Shown: piece after piece, positions 25,091 to 39,167 of the stretch
Layout: every line of letters starts with the position of its first letter
Numbering within the stretch: the first letter of the stretch is position 1
Assembly (NCBI GenBank): GCA_030770535.1
Contig: JASVEC010000104.1
Location: 1-57,015, forward strand
Length of the DNA: 57,015 bases
Direction: 5' to 3'
Origin: Batkoa obscura
Lineage: Eukaryota
Program-made: the position numbers and the translations under genes
The notes under the pieces: model-generated
What the model was told of the DNA's origin: nothing
The model's database searches: none
The model's input: the letters and a program-made list of their open reading frames with translations, nothing else

Positions 25091-25678
25091 TTAGTTTTCT
25101 TTTGTTTCAGTAGAAGGCTTAGTAAAGAATGAGTCTAACTCTTGATCAAGCTCTTCTTTGGTTTTTTTAGGACGAGATTCATTGTTACGGCGACCTTTGG
25201 TGCGGCGTTGGTTACCACCCCTTCTATTACCGTTACCTCTCTTATCATTGAATTCACGAGTTGGCCCAACACGAGATGAAATTGGAGCCTTTGCATCTGA
25301 TGGGGTGTATGGGAGAGCCAATTTCATTGAACGGCCATCAAGAGTGACACCATGGTATTTTTTAACAGCAGTGACGGCGTCAATAGAGCGAACAAATATA
25401 ACCTCACCGGTACCTTGAGACTTTCCATTGGAGTCAAAGTTGATGTTGGCAGAACGAATACGACCAATTTGACCAAATAATTCTTTGATATCTTCTACGG
25501 TTACATTGTAATGAAGATTAGATATCAAAATCTTGTGGACATCTTTAAGATCGTTAAGCTCCTTATTTTGTGGAGCTCTACCCCTTCTGTCATTGCCATT
25601 CTTGCGTCTAGCGCCACCATTAAAGGTTTTTGAGCTCTTAATAACATCATCTAATGAAAGATCTAATTGAGACGTCAT
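25091..25678 (-). CDS. YRA1: mRNA export adaptor Yra1/ALYREF (THO complex subunit 4)
   Basis: N-terminal LDLSLDDVIK and C-terminal EELDQELDSFF UAP56-binding motifs flank Arg/Gly-rich linkers and a central RRM; intronless. Confidence 0.92.
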   Translation of the reverse strand: MTSQLDLSLDDVIKSSKTFNGGARRKNGNDRRGRAPQNKELNDLKDVHKILISNLHYNVTVEDIKELFGQIGRIRSANINFDSNGKSQGTGEVIFVRSIDAVTAVKKYHGVTLDGRSMKLALPYTPSDAKAPISSRVGPTREFNDKRGNGNRRGGNQRRTKGRRNNESRPKKTKEELDQELDSFFTKPSTETKEN

Positions 25679-25772
25679 GGTAAAGGCTATTAAAGAAAAT
25701 TAAGAGAGAATTAAAAGTTAATAATGCTTAGTATGGGGTTTTTATCCTCTTTATACTTTCTTAAGTTTGAAA

Positions 25773-25784
25773 GAGCCAATCAAA
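25773..25784. promoter_or_regulatory. CCAAT box (NF-Y/HAP-type) upstream of YRA1
   Basis: GAGCCAATCAAA about 100 bp upstream of the YRA1 ATG; a similar GGCCAATCAAA lies about 85 bp upstream of the UCH ATG (36241-36251). Confidence 0.45.
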
Positions 25785-26021
25785 ATCGCTTATTTTTAAC
25801 GATTTTTATGACTGCTTGATCTAATTGGATTGATTTAGCTTTCAGGAATAAAATTAGTCTTAGCATTGCTTGGTCAATAACAATCTATCCTTATGTTTTA
25901 TGTGGGATGTTTTTTCAACTTAATAATTTGTTTATTACCTATCCAGCTTTAAATCTGAAAAATTATATTAGGATTCTTATGCAAAAAAACATTTTAATTT
26001 ATTCTAAAATGCCTATTAATT

Positions 26022-26115
26022 GGGGTATTCTTTTGACTTCATTTTTTCCATCTTTTAAGCACTATTTGAGTGAAAAGATTGTTAGTAAAATCCTTAAATA
26101 CAAAAATACATTCCC
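26022..26115 (-). mobile_element. ~97-bp MITE copy 7
   Basis: GGGGTATT...ACATTCCC, TSD AATT/AATT. Confidence 0.87.
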
Positions 26116-26815
26116 AATTTTTAAAGTTTATAAAGCGTTATTTTAAGAACAACATAAAGATAACAAGAGATTCAACGTAATGTAGAATGAACTTTATAAT
26201 AGTATACACTGAAAGCATCTATGTCTTTATCCTTTTAAGTACACGCTTTTTTTGACTATTAAGTTGCTTTTATGAAAGCATTTGATTAATTGAAACTATC
26301 CACTCCTTGCAAATGAATTCTATCCAGCAGCAGTATATTTAATTATAGAAGAGCATGAGTAACAATTTTATACAAATTATATACTTTGTGGTATTTCCAA
26401 AATAGCCTCGGATACAAAACACCAAGGACTTAAAAATTTGTAATGATTTCTTTACTAGCTGTCAATTGTCAAATCCACTGTTAGATTGAACTTAGCTTAA
26501 AGATATTTACGTACTGAAAATAAAAAGAGGATGATCAAATGTTAAGATAGCTGATAGAGCTATCATCTTTAAATTTGAATAGTTCTAATATAAAAGGCTT
26601 TTGTTTAATACTTTTTCGCTTCAAGATTAAATGAATTACATTAAGATTAAGTGAATTTACATTATTGGCTTGACAGATGCAAATATTTAAATTTATCTGT
26701 AGAACCCATAGAATCAGCAAATAAGATAACTTCACATAAAAAAAATTGCAAAAAGCTTCAACCTATTAAATTTAGGTATAACAACGAATCAAATCAAACT
26801 AAAAATTCAAAAAAA

Positions 26816-26826
26816 AAACGCGTTTT
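26816..26826 (+). promoter_or_regulatory. MCB/E2F-like G1/S element upstream of histone H3 copy 1
   Basis: AAACGCGTTTT (ACGCGT at 26818-26823) about 170 bp upstream of the ATG; a similar motif precedes H3 copy 2. Confidence 0.5.
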
Positions 26827-26986
26827 GGCAATTCAAATTGAAATTTCAATTTTACAAAAAACTAAAATTTCCAAATTAGGCAAAAGCTCAAGTTTAGCTT
26901 TAAGTTCAAATTCAAATTTTAAATTTTAAAAAAAGTATAAAAGGCTAAAAGATTTAACTTAAATCAAAAAATTATTAACTATTTAA

Positions 26987-27400
<414 letters not shown>

Positions 27401-28453
27401 ACACTGAGCTATTTATAAGTCCTATAACATGTATCTTAATTTTATTAAATAGGTATTGGTGTATCACCAATAAAAATATTAATCCTTTAATTGTCATTTA
27501 AATTTGATATGCTCATAAAACGTTTTTGTAAAGTTTAAATAAAACATTTTATAAACTATATCTTAGTTTAGAGCTCTGATTTTTTTAGTATTTAAGGATT
27601 ATATGTAATTTTAGAAAATAAGACAAACAAAACAGGCAGTTTACCTCAATATTAAAGTATAAATATTAAAATTTTTCATTTTAAGTATTGCTCTTATTTT
27701 CCAGGTTTATGCTTTTTTATACACAATAATAACCTCTAAAATACTTGACTGAAAACCTAGTTTCTCCATAGTGCAAACTTTATGGCGTTTTTATCATTTG
27801 CTATGAATTAATGCAAGGGAATTAGGAATTTGAAAAATCCATCCTATTTATAGTTTAGTATTAGCACAGCCCCATTAATTATCTTCAAACTCCCACTGCC
27901 TTTAAAGAGCAGTATACCTCTATATCCTTCCTGTTTGTCTTTTTTCTATATTTTACTAAAGTTCCGATTGAAGATTACTGCTCTTTAAATAACAAATATT
28001 ACCAGCACATACAACATGTATTTTAAAGCATAAGTTTGAGAAAATGTTAAACCACTTTTTTATTTCTTATTTATGATAGCTGATATTGAACTAAACAAAA
28101 AAAGTTTTATCCTTTAGCTGATGCTTTACTGTGTCATTTATATTTTGATAAAATTATATTTTATTTTATTTATCTTTGGCAAATTTGAACTAAAATCATT
28201 TTAAAAATCACTTTCGCTTTTATTCACTTTTAAACTACATCAACAATATAGTAAATCCTTTGTTGTAACTGAATTCAAATAACTTAAAACATATATAGAA
28301 ACATAAAACAGAAAGTAGCCTCATCATAAACAATTTTTCAAAAAAAGAAATAATATTTTTAATCAGCCAAAACAAATAATAATGAAAAAAAGCCATGTTA
28401 ACATTTCTACTTGCAGTGTGCAAAAATGTCTTCAAGTGTAAAAAAGATGAATT

Positions 28454-31400
28454 TTAACTCGACTTAGGCACTCCCTTATTGAATGTAACGCAACGCTCCA
28501 TAAACTCAATGAGTTCTGCCTGATCTTTAATAAATGGTTGTTCTACGAGTGCATACACTGGATCTTCATAAAGATCTGTAAGTAAGCACCAGATGCCCCA
28601 TGGTACTGGGTTCTTTAATACTACACGGTCAATTAAGACTCTATAAAATAATAAGCAACTTGCTTACAGCATAATAGTTAATGTAATTACCTTATAATCT
28701 GTTCCTTAGCAAAGATGTTGGTAGCGGTGGAATATAGACCAAGGATCACCTGAGAAAAGTAACAGGTATGTAAGTTAGGATATCTTAGTTGACAGATCAA
28801 AGCATTCAAAAAGATAAAGCGACCTAAAAATAAACTCAATATCAAATAAGTTTAAAACATCAAACTTCTAGTATTACCTTGTGGATCAAAGTCAATTAAT
28901 AATTTCTGATAAATATCCATAGCAGACTGGCGTGGAGTAGAAGCATTTTTATCTGGGTTAGTTTGTAAGTCAGTAATACCGACAAAGAGAGCAAGGCAAT
29001 AGATAAGGGATTGATCATACTCTTGCATCTCTTCTGTTTTATATAATTTGGCTTTCAGATCGACTAAAAACTCAATCTGATCTCTATCCGTTATATGGTT
29101 GCGAATGAAATCGGCGATTCCCTTCTTTTCCAAAGGTGTGGTATAATCGGAAAATACAGGTGGTGCAACCAAATACTCGGGTTTAGGATTACTGCTATAG
29201 TATTTAAAGGAAGGTCTGGGATACTCAAAGTTAGCAGGGGTAGCAGCCGAAATCAAGGATGAAATCTGAGCACAAGAGATGGGAAGTTCAGATACCAATC
29301 CAAAATGATGTGAAACCATAAACTGTGGGTAATCATGCATGACAGAAATAGTTAAGCGAATAGCTCCAAGGTAGAAATCCCATCCAGTTTTTGAATGGGT
29401 TGGCACCATGATCGTAGATAAAAATCGGAAAAGATAACTGAATTGCACCTGAGCATGCTCCCAGCCTCGTTTGTTGTCTAGAGCCATAAGCTTGGGGAAG
29501 AATAGCTTGTGTGAGATTAGGCTTACCCAAGCATAAGCAAAGCCAGGCAATATTTCAGGTTGTAAGGGTGATAATGATTTATTAAATGCTAATATTAAAT
29601 TAGGTTGGATAGCAATAAGCTTGTCTTCTTGAGAATTGAGATGGTAAAGTATGCTTGAATAAAGTCTATAAAATGGTTTAGGATTGAAGCTTTTTTCTTT
29701 TTTATGATGAGCATGGACTAACATAAGAGCCAACACAGTCAAAGTATTGGTAAACAATCCAGTACGTGAAGCATGAGTTTCATTGTGTTGATCTTGAGCA
29801 TAAATAATGATAGTGATAATCATTTTAGCCATCGAATCAATATGGTGGTAAATTGGTTTACTCATATCGATTTCATCTTTAGAATTCTCAGCATATAGAT
29901 CAAATGAAATTTGTACTGAAGTTCTGATAAACATTGCCATCATCTGCTCATCTTGAAGGATACCATGTTGAGATAACTTAGAAACAAACTCATAATAATC
30001 CTTTTCATTAGGATTTGACAACATATAAACCCTTGTCCACTCATTATAATAAAAGTGGCAAGTGTTTTGTAATTCTTGTTCTCTCTTTTTACTGTCATAT
30101 TGATTCTTAATATCATCAAGGATGGCCATGATTTGTTCTGAAGTATGGTTCATTCGAGACAATTTAAGCAAACCTTCTCTGGTATGAGCGAAGCTATCCA
30201 AGTTGCCAACGCATGGTTCATCTAAAATACATCTACTAATCAATTTAAGACTGTAATCAACGATATCCCCTCTTCCTTGTTGTATTAATTTGCCCAAATA
30301 CTCATCAAGTTCGTCAAATTCAAGCAAGTCATTGATGATTAAAGACTTAGTAATCACAGGATTATATTTGTAAACATCTTCTGAGTAGATAAAGAAATGA
30401 TTAACTCTTCTGGTGACAATGTTTGAAAGAGGACATAAACGGGTTAAAAGATGGATATACACTTGTTGGGCTCCATTTGACTTGGCAGAATAAATACGCG
30501 TAATATATTTCTTAGCGATTTCATAAAGAAGCACATCCCTTCTGGCAATATGATTTAAAATCTCATCAATCGCATTGAATATCTTAAACATCATCGTTTG
30601 GTCAAGTGCATCTTTATCTTCTTGTAAGATATCTAATCGACGATCTAAACCATTGATAATATTTAATAAATTATCTAAGGCTCTTTCATCTGAAGCTTGT
30701 AGTCTAAGTTGGTCCTCACCATTACGTATATATTCCAAAGTTTCAGGTTGCAAATGATTGATAAATTCCTCTTTACTGACTTCATCAGGTATTTCAAACT
30801 TTAAGAGATTAAATCGTTGATATAACCTTAATTGAGCAGGTGTAACGCCAGTTGGTTTTAACTTCAAAATTTCTGGTGCCATTGGTGGTAATTGGTTACT
30901 AGCGTTGTAGTTGCCTACATCATAATATGACTGTCCTCTGGCTTCTCTCGTTTTCTTACGGTTACCGATGGCATCTTGTAAGTATTGGTCAATAAAACGT
31001 GGAGCATCTTTGAAGAGCCATTGTTTGGATGGCATACAAACCAACTCTTACATTATTCGTAACAACATCTTCAAGCTCTTTTGGAGCTTGAATTAATGGA
31101 AAGAGATTATTCTTTACTAATTGTTCTCTTAAGGCATCCATAAAACATTTGATAAATGACTCTTTATAATTGGCATGGATATATGCAACCACAGTGGAGC
31201 CACTCATTTGATGAGCAGCTTGACGAAGTTTTTCTTCATCAGGCTCCATGGCGAAGTCTTTGGTAATAAGCACTTTAGTAAATTGAAATACAATGGGCAA
31301 GGCATGTTCTTTGACTTCAAGGTAGGTTTTTGTGATGGCGACTTCAAGTGCAATAAATGCAGCCATGGTAAGGTTTTTATCCTGAGCGAACGAAGAATTG

Positions 31401-34127
31401 GGATCGATATAAACATGTTTATTTAAGTTTTTGATATCGAATAGTTCGCCATTGATCTTCATACCAACCGTTCTTGAAATTTCTTGATCTGCATAAAGCT
31501 CGATATTCATGAGGAGATTGGAGGGTTCAATGTCATTAGTCTTTAAATTAAATTTATTAAATAACATCTCAATCTCAAAATTTAAATTATTTTTGCTGCC
31601 TGGTATTTTTGACAATTCAAGTAAAAACTTTAAAATACCCATCAACCAAGGATTTGGTGGTAAGAATACATCTCCTTTGATTCCCTGTGCTAATACTTTA
31701 CATGTAAATGGAATAGCAACAATTAATCTCTTATCTAAATAGCCTTCAATTAAGGTGCCCTAAATATTATTAGTAACTGTATTAAAATGACACTATAATT
31801 TAACTTACCTTTAAATAAAGTTTATCGTGCAAAATAGGCTTATTTTTAGCTAAAGTGATGGCACCTAACCAACTACCCAATGTTTTTAACAAGGCTCTTT
31901 CATCTGCAGAATTGGCTGTGCCCTCAGATTTTAAAAGAATGTGAATGTTCTTATAGGTATCATCCAAAATCATGTTACTCAATTCCTGCTCAGCCACCAT
32001 ATCCAAAAATTGGAGGTAAACAGGATGATTATTGATCTCAGTACTGATTCTTCTTACAACGATATAATCACTGAAAAAGGAATAAGCAGAATTATTGATG
32101 ATCGATTTGAATTCTTTGACCTTATCTGCGATATTTGTACTCGATAAATTATTAATTAAGAATACCAATTTCTCTTGCAGTTCTTTGTTCAATTCAATGT
32201 CTCCTTGCTTTTGTTTGGAACTTAGTAAAGTATCAACCGAAGCGGCACTAAAAGAAGGTGCGCCCTTTTCTTGTGGACTATTGAAGCTGTTTTGGTTAAA
32301 AGTCAAATCGTTTAAGTGTTCATTATCTTCAGAATCATCATAATTTTGTGGTGGATTTACTCTACTCACATCTTCGGCTTGTGAACCTATGTTCTCCTGA
32401 TAAAATGTAGGAATAGTCTCAAGGAGATGAGGCTGCTTCTTGAAGAATTCATCTAATAAAGGTATCTTGTTAATACACCCTTTGATTTGTGACATAGCAA
32501 TCAACGAAAAGTTATTTAACTTTGATTTTTTAGGCTTGTTAAGACCATTAGCAATACACAACACAAGCATCTTATTATAACTATAAATTATAGCTTTTTG
32601 GGCTACTAATTGTCCTAATAAAAGTGCAGTAAGCCCAAGTTCCATATCAGGGTAAGCTGTTAATTGATAGTACTCTTCAATTAAAAGAGCAATTGAAGAG
32701 GCATAAAGAGCTAACTTTCTGGGCTCAGTAGAACTGCGATAATTAATCAAAATTTCTGCCAAATCAGAAGGACGAAATTGGCTTCTGTATAAGCGTTCAT
32801 ATAGGCTATTGACTTCTTTTTCAACATCACTAGGAAACTTAAGAAAGATATTATCTTGCTGAATAAAATCCAATAATAGTTGTTGGAAAGGGGAGTAATG
32901 ATCAGTTAAAACCTTAAGGCAGGCTTTGATATGGACCTCTTGTGTACGGGTGATCTTATTTTTTAAAAAAATCTGAAAAAAGACTGCGATTGTTTCATAT
33001 GTTAAATTATCTAAGTCGCCTAATTCTGCTTCAGGCACGAGTTTCTTGTGCACACGACGAATAAAATCCAATACTTTAACTAAAAAGACGTCATCAAACG
33101 CATCAAATTTATCCTCAATCCAGTGCTGGAAATTAATGTATCGCTTTTGATAAGCCAAAGCAATCAGAGGAAGTGTAAAATCGAAATCATTAGAGAAGTA
33201 AAGTGCACTTATTAAATCCAATTCTTTAAATATTCGTATGGTAGGAACAAGGTACTTATCATCTGAAATAGTACAATGATACATACCTTCAAAAAGAGCT
33301 GTACTATCTAAGATCCAATTCATGTACAAAGAAAAGGAACCATCAAGCGTGCCATCCAAAAACTGAGCATATAATTTGCTAAGAGTGTTTCTATGCCAAA
33401 TATTTTTAAATGGTAAAAAGATAATCAAGCCTAAAAAAATCAAATCAGGATCGGTTTTTAAACCTTCTTCAAAGAGAACAAAGGCAGGTGACTTATCAGA
33501 CTTATTAATGTTCATCAAACAAGTTTCAATGAGATGGACATTGATCCATGGACTAGAACTGAGTTGATTGGCCCTCTCCCTAATTCTTGGATCACTTAAG
33601 GAGGCTGGGTTAGGCAAAACACTATGTACAGACAAGGTAGCAATATTAATTAACTCTGTAGGTGCAGCTATGGCTTGAGACAAAAAGGAAAACTGAACTT
33701 CTTTGCACTTCCAAATCTCCCAAAACACCGTAATAGGATGAAACTCATTGGAGCGAGTAATATATTTATACGACATGATAGCTACTGTGATGGAATCAAG
33801 CGTTTCAAATACGATACCAGGCTTATCTAAGCTAAAAAAAGCTTTACGCCAGTCTAAAGGTTTAGCTAAGCGTGCAAAAAAGGTAGATAAGCTTTCAATG
33901 AACATGGGGATCATGGTTTTGGATATAAAGAATCCAGAATCTTGATCATTTTTACTATTGGTCCAGTTCACCAGAACTGAAAGAATCGCACCATACACTT
34001 CTTCAAGCGCCGTTTGCTCACTAAGCTGGATTTCATCTAAAAGACTTTGGATAGCACCAACAGATTCTAAGCAAGGTGGTCCTTTTTGAATAATGGCTTT
34101 TCGGATAACGTCAAAAGTGGTTGGCAT
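28454..34127 (-). CDS. NOT1: CCR4-NOT complex scaffold subunit Not1 (divergent; 1-nt frameshift at about 30994-30997)
   Basis: Exons 34127-31809, 31759-28878, 28823-28691 and 28640-28454 with GT-AG introns. Motifs FLINNLS, ERALLKTLGSWLGAITLAKNKPI, VAIPFTCKVL, KDFAMEPDE, PGFAYAWVSLISH, QLRYPNLHTCYFS and PWG. Confidence 0.92.
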
Positions 34128-35377
34128 GATAAAAATAGATTGCTGTTAGTTTTTCAGGGTTAAAGTGTTAGGTCTAGAAATAGATTGGAACTTTTTTGTT
34201 TTAGAAATATTAAATTAAATAGCACTTCTTTTAAAAAAGATATCTTAGTTTATACACAACGTCAGTAATAAATCTACAAACTTTTTTAGTAACGACGATT
34301 GAAAAAGTGAGTTTATCTAAAATTTAAGTGTTAGTTAGTAGTTAATGTTGGCACATTATATTGTGATAATTCAATTTATAAAAATATAATTTGAATAATG
34401 AATAAACTCACCTGATTTTGTATTTCAAAAGAAAAAAATAATAAAATAGAACAATCCCAAAGTAATTTATACAATTTTAAGCCTTCTAGAATTAATGTAT
34501 TAGTTTAACATTCCTTAATTAAATTCTCTTACTTACGGATAGTGGCTAACAAGGTGGGATAATAATTTTAGATACAAAAGCTGGAGTTGAAAATCTTGGT
34601 ACTTCAACATAAGTTAAAATTGTGCAATGAATTGTAGCCAATTAAAATAGGCGAACTCAAAGCTCATGCAAAATAGCAAAAATAAAGTCCAACTTTAAGT
34701 TTTGATTACGTGGGGAGGGGATAGTGCCATAAAGCTGGCTTTTCATTGTTCGAATGTAAATAGTGAATTTCTTACGCTATTTTATTACAAAGCCAAATTA
34801 TAAATGGCTGTACTTTAACTATAAATCATTAGAATTTTTGTTATCTGAAATTGTCACAAAATTTCTTATAATTGTTTAGCAAAGTAAGGAGAATTTTAAA
34901 TTGGTCTATTTCAAGCCAATCTAAAGCTATTTAAATAGTCAATTTTTTGATGGGCTATTTTGTACTAAATAAAATTAGATAAAATTAGTAGAATTAGGAT
35001 ATGATAATTTTAGCCCAAATTTGATTTAAATTGTTTCAAGTTAGCTAGTGTGACTTGAGGAATTTAGCCATTGAAATAATGAGTTTATCGTTAATATATA
35101 TTAAGTTTATATATTAAATATGTTTACATTATAGTTTTACAATATAAATATTAACTATTACAGTTGTTGACCCTATGGTTGAAACAAGATAGAAAACCAT
35201 TATTTATATACTAATTTTTAATTTTATTACGTAATTTATAAATCCTTATAATTCACGTTATATATAGTTATTGAGATTTTGTCTCCATTAATTATATAAA
35301 ATATTAACTTAAAGCCTCTATAATTATTCATCAGATAAATAAAATTTATTAAATCTCAAAAATAAATATAACTCTAT

Positions 35378-36159
35378 TCACGTCTTTACCAAAGCGACTA
35401 ATGAAAACTCCAAGGTATTAGACTTATCTTCCATAATCTTTTTCAAAGCTTGAGAGGCCTTGCTTAGAAGCTCATCCTTTTTACAAGAGCCGTGTGAGTA
35501 TGGCCCATCTTTATTGCCATCAAACTCAACCAATACACCGTTACGTTCAACAAAAGTAACAAAGTGTAAGTTAACTTCAGCATCTTTACCAAGAGCTTGG
35601 GTTTGTCCTAATTCTGAAAATTCTTCATGAATAGCAGCCATTTCACTACTGGTTTCTAATACTTCAGATCTTTCTTTTGACTTTAACCCCTTAGTTGCAT
35701 TGTAAAAAGAATTTAAAGGTCCGGGAGCTAGGTTTTTGATTAAAATATGTATAATGATCGAAGACATAATAATTGGTTACCTAGTTTAATTATATCCAAG
35801 TTATTTAAAATTGCATGTAAAATTGCCATAGTACCACAAGCGTTACCAATTGTCTGGTTAACAAAGTAAATATCATCAGTTATAGAGTTTTTACTACCTT
35901 TCAGTGGCGAGGTCTAAACATTCAAAATTTAATTTAAAAAATAAGTAATAAATTCACTTACACTATCCTCATTCAAGGGAAATAAAGCAATTAATGCAAG
36001 CATTGGCTTAGGGTAAAAATCGAACGTTTCTGGGTCCAAGGAATAGATATCGATGAACTCATACTCCTTTGGGACACCTAAATTTTGAACATATTCCGTA
36101 AGTGACTCTGGGTTACTTTCTAAAGGTTGCCATTTGATTTTCTTTGCACTTGCACTCAT
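35378..36159 (-). CDS. YUH1: Ubiquitin C-terminal hydrolase, peptidase C12 (Yuh1/UCH-L3-like), 3 exons
   Basis: Exons 36159-35962, 35913-35781 and 35727-35378; motifs WQPLESNPE, QTIGNACGT (catalytic Cys), LHFVTFV (His) and EFDG (Asp). Confidence 0.92.
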
Positions 36160-36477
36160 TTTTTGCTAAAAGTGATTATTGCTTTTTAATAAAAAATAGA
36201 TCATCATTTGTTTATGTCAACATTTTATAAAGAAATCAATGGCCAATCAAAACGAAAGTTTAGATTATTAAGAATTCTATGGAAAGTAGTAATACTATTA
36301 TGTTGAGCTGAATGGCATATTATAAAAACACAATCAATATGATAGAATATGACTTGTTCAATTAAATAAGGGTATAACTTTAAATTCCGTACAATACTTA
36401 GAGAAGCTTGACTATACTTTATTAAAATTAATAAAAAATAATCAGCAGCACTAAATTTATTTTAAAATAAATAAAAT

Positions 36478-36987
<510 letters not shown>

Positions 36988-37023
36988 TTATTAAAAACTT
37001 GAAATTTCAAGCACTGAATTTTA

Positions 37024-37040
37024 AAAAGCGCGTTTCCCGT
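37024..37040 (-). promoter_or_regulatory. MCB/E2F-like element upstream of histone H3 copy 2
   Basis: Coding-strand ACGGGAAACGCGCTTTT about 140 bp upstream of the ATG. Confidence 0.45.
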
Positions 37041-37455
37041 TTGGAGAAGTTTAATTGGCTCTTGAAATTTTGTTGCTTGATGTGAGAGGTTTTGGCTCTT
37101 GGATAAATTTCCTCTTGAAAATTTGATTTATATTTTTGTGAAATCATCATATATTTAGGATTTTATTGGCTATAGGCTTGTCAGTGTTGCTTTTATACGC
37201 CAATTTGAAACGATATTCTTGAAGGTAATTGGCCAATCTAATAGACTTGAAAAATAATGTATAAATGTTTTTATTTAATTGTTTTGTCCATTTTTTATGA
37301 AAGATAAAAGTAAAAACTAGTAAAATTAACAATATACTCTGTATTCTTAAACTTCAACTTATTGTTGTTCAGTTAATTTAGTTATGATGGCCTCAAGTCC
37401 AATAATTAATTATATTTTTATTACTTTAGAATTCGTTCTGACAACGTGAAAAGAA

Positions 37456-38193
37456 TTAAATGGCTACCGGGCCACTATAAGGGGGGAATTGCTTTTTCTC
37501 CCTTTTATAAACAATTAAATGATATATACCAAATATCAGAGTAATTGAAATTTGAATGATACTAGTTGAAATATAAATAGTATAATAGTAATTTATAAGA
37601 CCATCAACATCTAATAGAATAACAGTAGCGCCAATGAATATAAGCCTATAACCATTAGCAAATAAAAAGCCACCAGTGACTGAAGGTGCAATTATTTCAA
37701 AAATACGCTTAAAAAAAAAAGATAAAATACCACTAATAAAAGATAGCGACACTGTTATTGTGATAAATGCAATTGTATTCCCGGTTAGATTTCCAATCGC
37801 TATTCCTAGCATCATACCGCAACTAAGTCCCATTAAAACCATACCTAATTTATTAAAATAAATAGCTAAACTACCACTTATTATACTTATACCAAGACTA
37901 CAACTAAATAAAATTAAAATGCTTTTAAGTAAATAGTCAGACAGCTCTTCATTCCTGATGTTGTTTAAAATCAATGAGGTAGCTCTGGTATTTAAGATAA
38001 CCAGTCCTATTGCTAAGGAAGTCAAGAAAATTAAGATGAAGCCAGAAAAAAAATATAAACTTTTAATAACTTTATAGTTTAATAATAAAAATATTAAGCC
38101 TATTATAACGATAATTATACCAATGCTAATTATTATACCATTATAAACGTCATTTAATTGCGATACTACATCCTCTACTAATTTTTTATCCAT
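37456..38193 (-). CDS. DUF4203/TMEM198-like multi-pass membrane protein (intronless)
   Basis: 245-aa hydrophobic ORF with family motifs KVIKSLYFFSG, GMVLMGLSCGMMLG and FKRIFEII...TGGFLFANGYRLIF. Confidence 0.85.
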   Translation of the reverse strand: MDKKLVEDVVSQLNDVYNGIIISIGIIIVIIGLIFLLLNYKVIKSLYFFSGFILIFLTSLAIGLVILNTRATSLILNNIRNEELSDYLLKSILILFSCSLGISIISGSLAIYFNKLGMVLMGLSCGMMLGIAIGNLTGNTIAFITITVSLSFISGILSFFFKRIFEIIAPSVTGGFLFANGYRLIFIGATVILLDVDGLINYYYTIYISTSIIQISITLIFGIYHLIVYKREKKQFPPYSGPVAI

Positions 38194-39167
38194 TCTAAAT
38201 ATTTTGTTATAATATTACATTACGAAAAGTTTTATTTATATATCATTTTAATTCTCTTAAGAATATTATATTTCTTTATATCAGACAAATGCTTCGATTC
38301 TTTCCAAACTTCAATAGCGTTGGACAAACATGACTATTGCTTTAATCTAGTATTATGTTAAAAATAGACTGGATTTCACCGCAACTACATTAAACCTTGG
38401 CTTTAAACAAATTTTTTTGATTTTAATATTCTTGTTTATTTCCTAGATCTAAATTTGGTAACTGCTAAAATTTAGTTTAATTTTTTTTGTTCACTAATTT
38501 TATGACTAGTAAACATGTTTCTACATTTTATATATCCTAGGAAGCTTCAAGAGATATTCGCTACCATTACTTAAAGGCTTATACAATATTAGAAATAAAA
38601 CTTCATAGAATATATACATATATATAATTTAACATTATTAACATTTATTCATCAAACTTTGAAATTATTATATCATTAACAGCAAAGCATCTTGATCCAG
38701 AGTTTAAAAACATCGATTATTGGTGCTATTAAAAATTACTATTGGTATATATCATTTGAATATAGCTAAATACATTGAAAGATTAAACATATCAAATAAA
38801 GATCCAGTCCTATGGCATCAAAGTATAATTACTCCCATAATACGAGCATGTTCAGACCTAACATCTAATTTAAATGACATTTGATTGTAATAGTAAAAAA
38901 TCACCATTCGCATATATAAATAAACTAAAAAGTTTAAAGCCCTTATTACACATAAATATGTATTTTTAACTTAACTTACATTTAGAGATTTTTTTTAAAG
39001 TTGATAGTCTTGGAGCTAAAATTACAAATAAAAAACTTGACAATTCTTTCATGTTTATTATAAATGACCATTATTTTTTAAACTGATTTCATGTCGAACT
39101 ATATTGATATAACCGAACTCAAAATAATATTATAATAATTGAAATCAACAAAGTTTTATTTACATAG

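Noticed and set aside
25903..26000. Additional degenerate MITE fragments (also near 6238, 42741 and 46810)
   Set aside because: Only one end or weak similarity and no TSD, so not counted.
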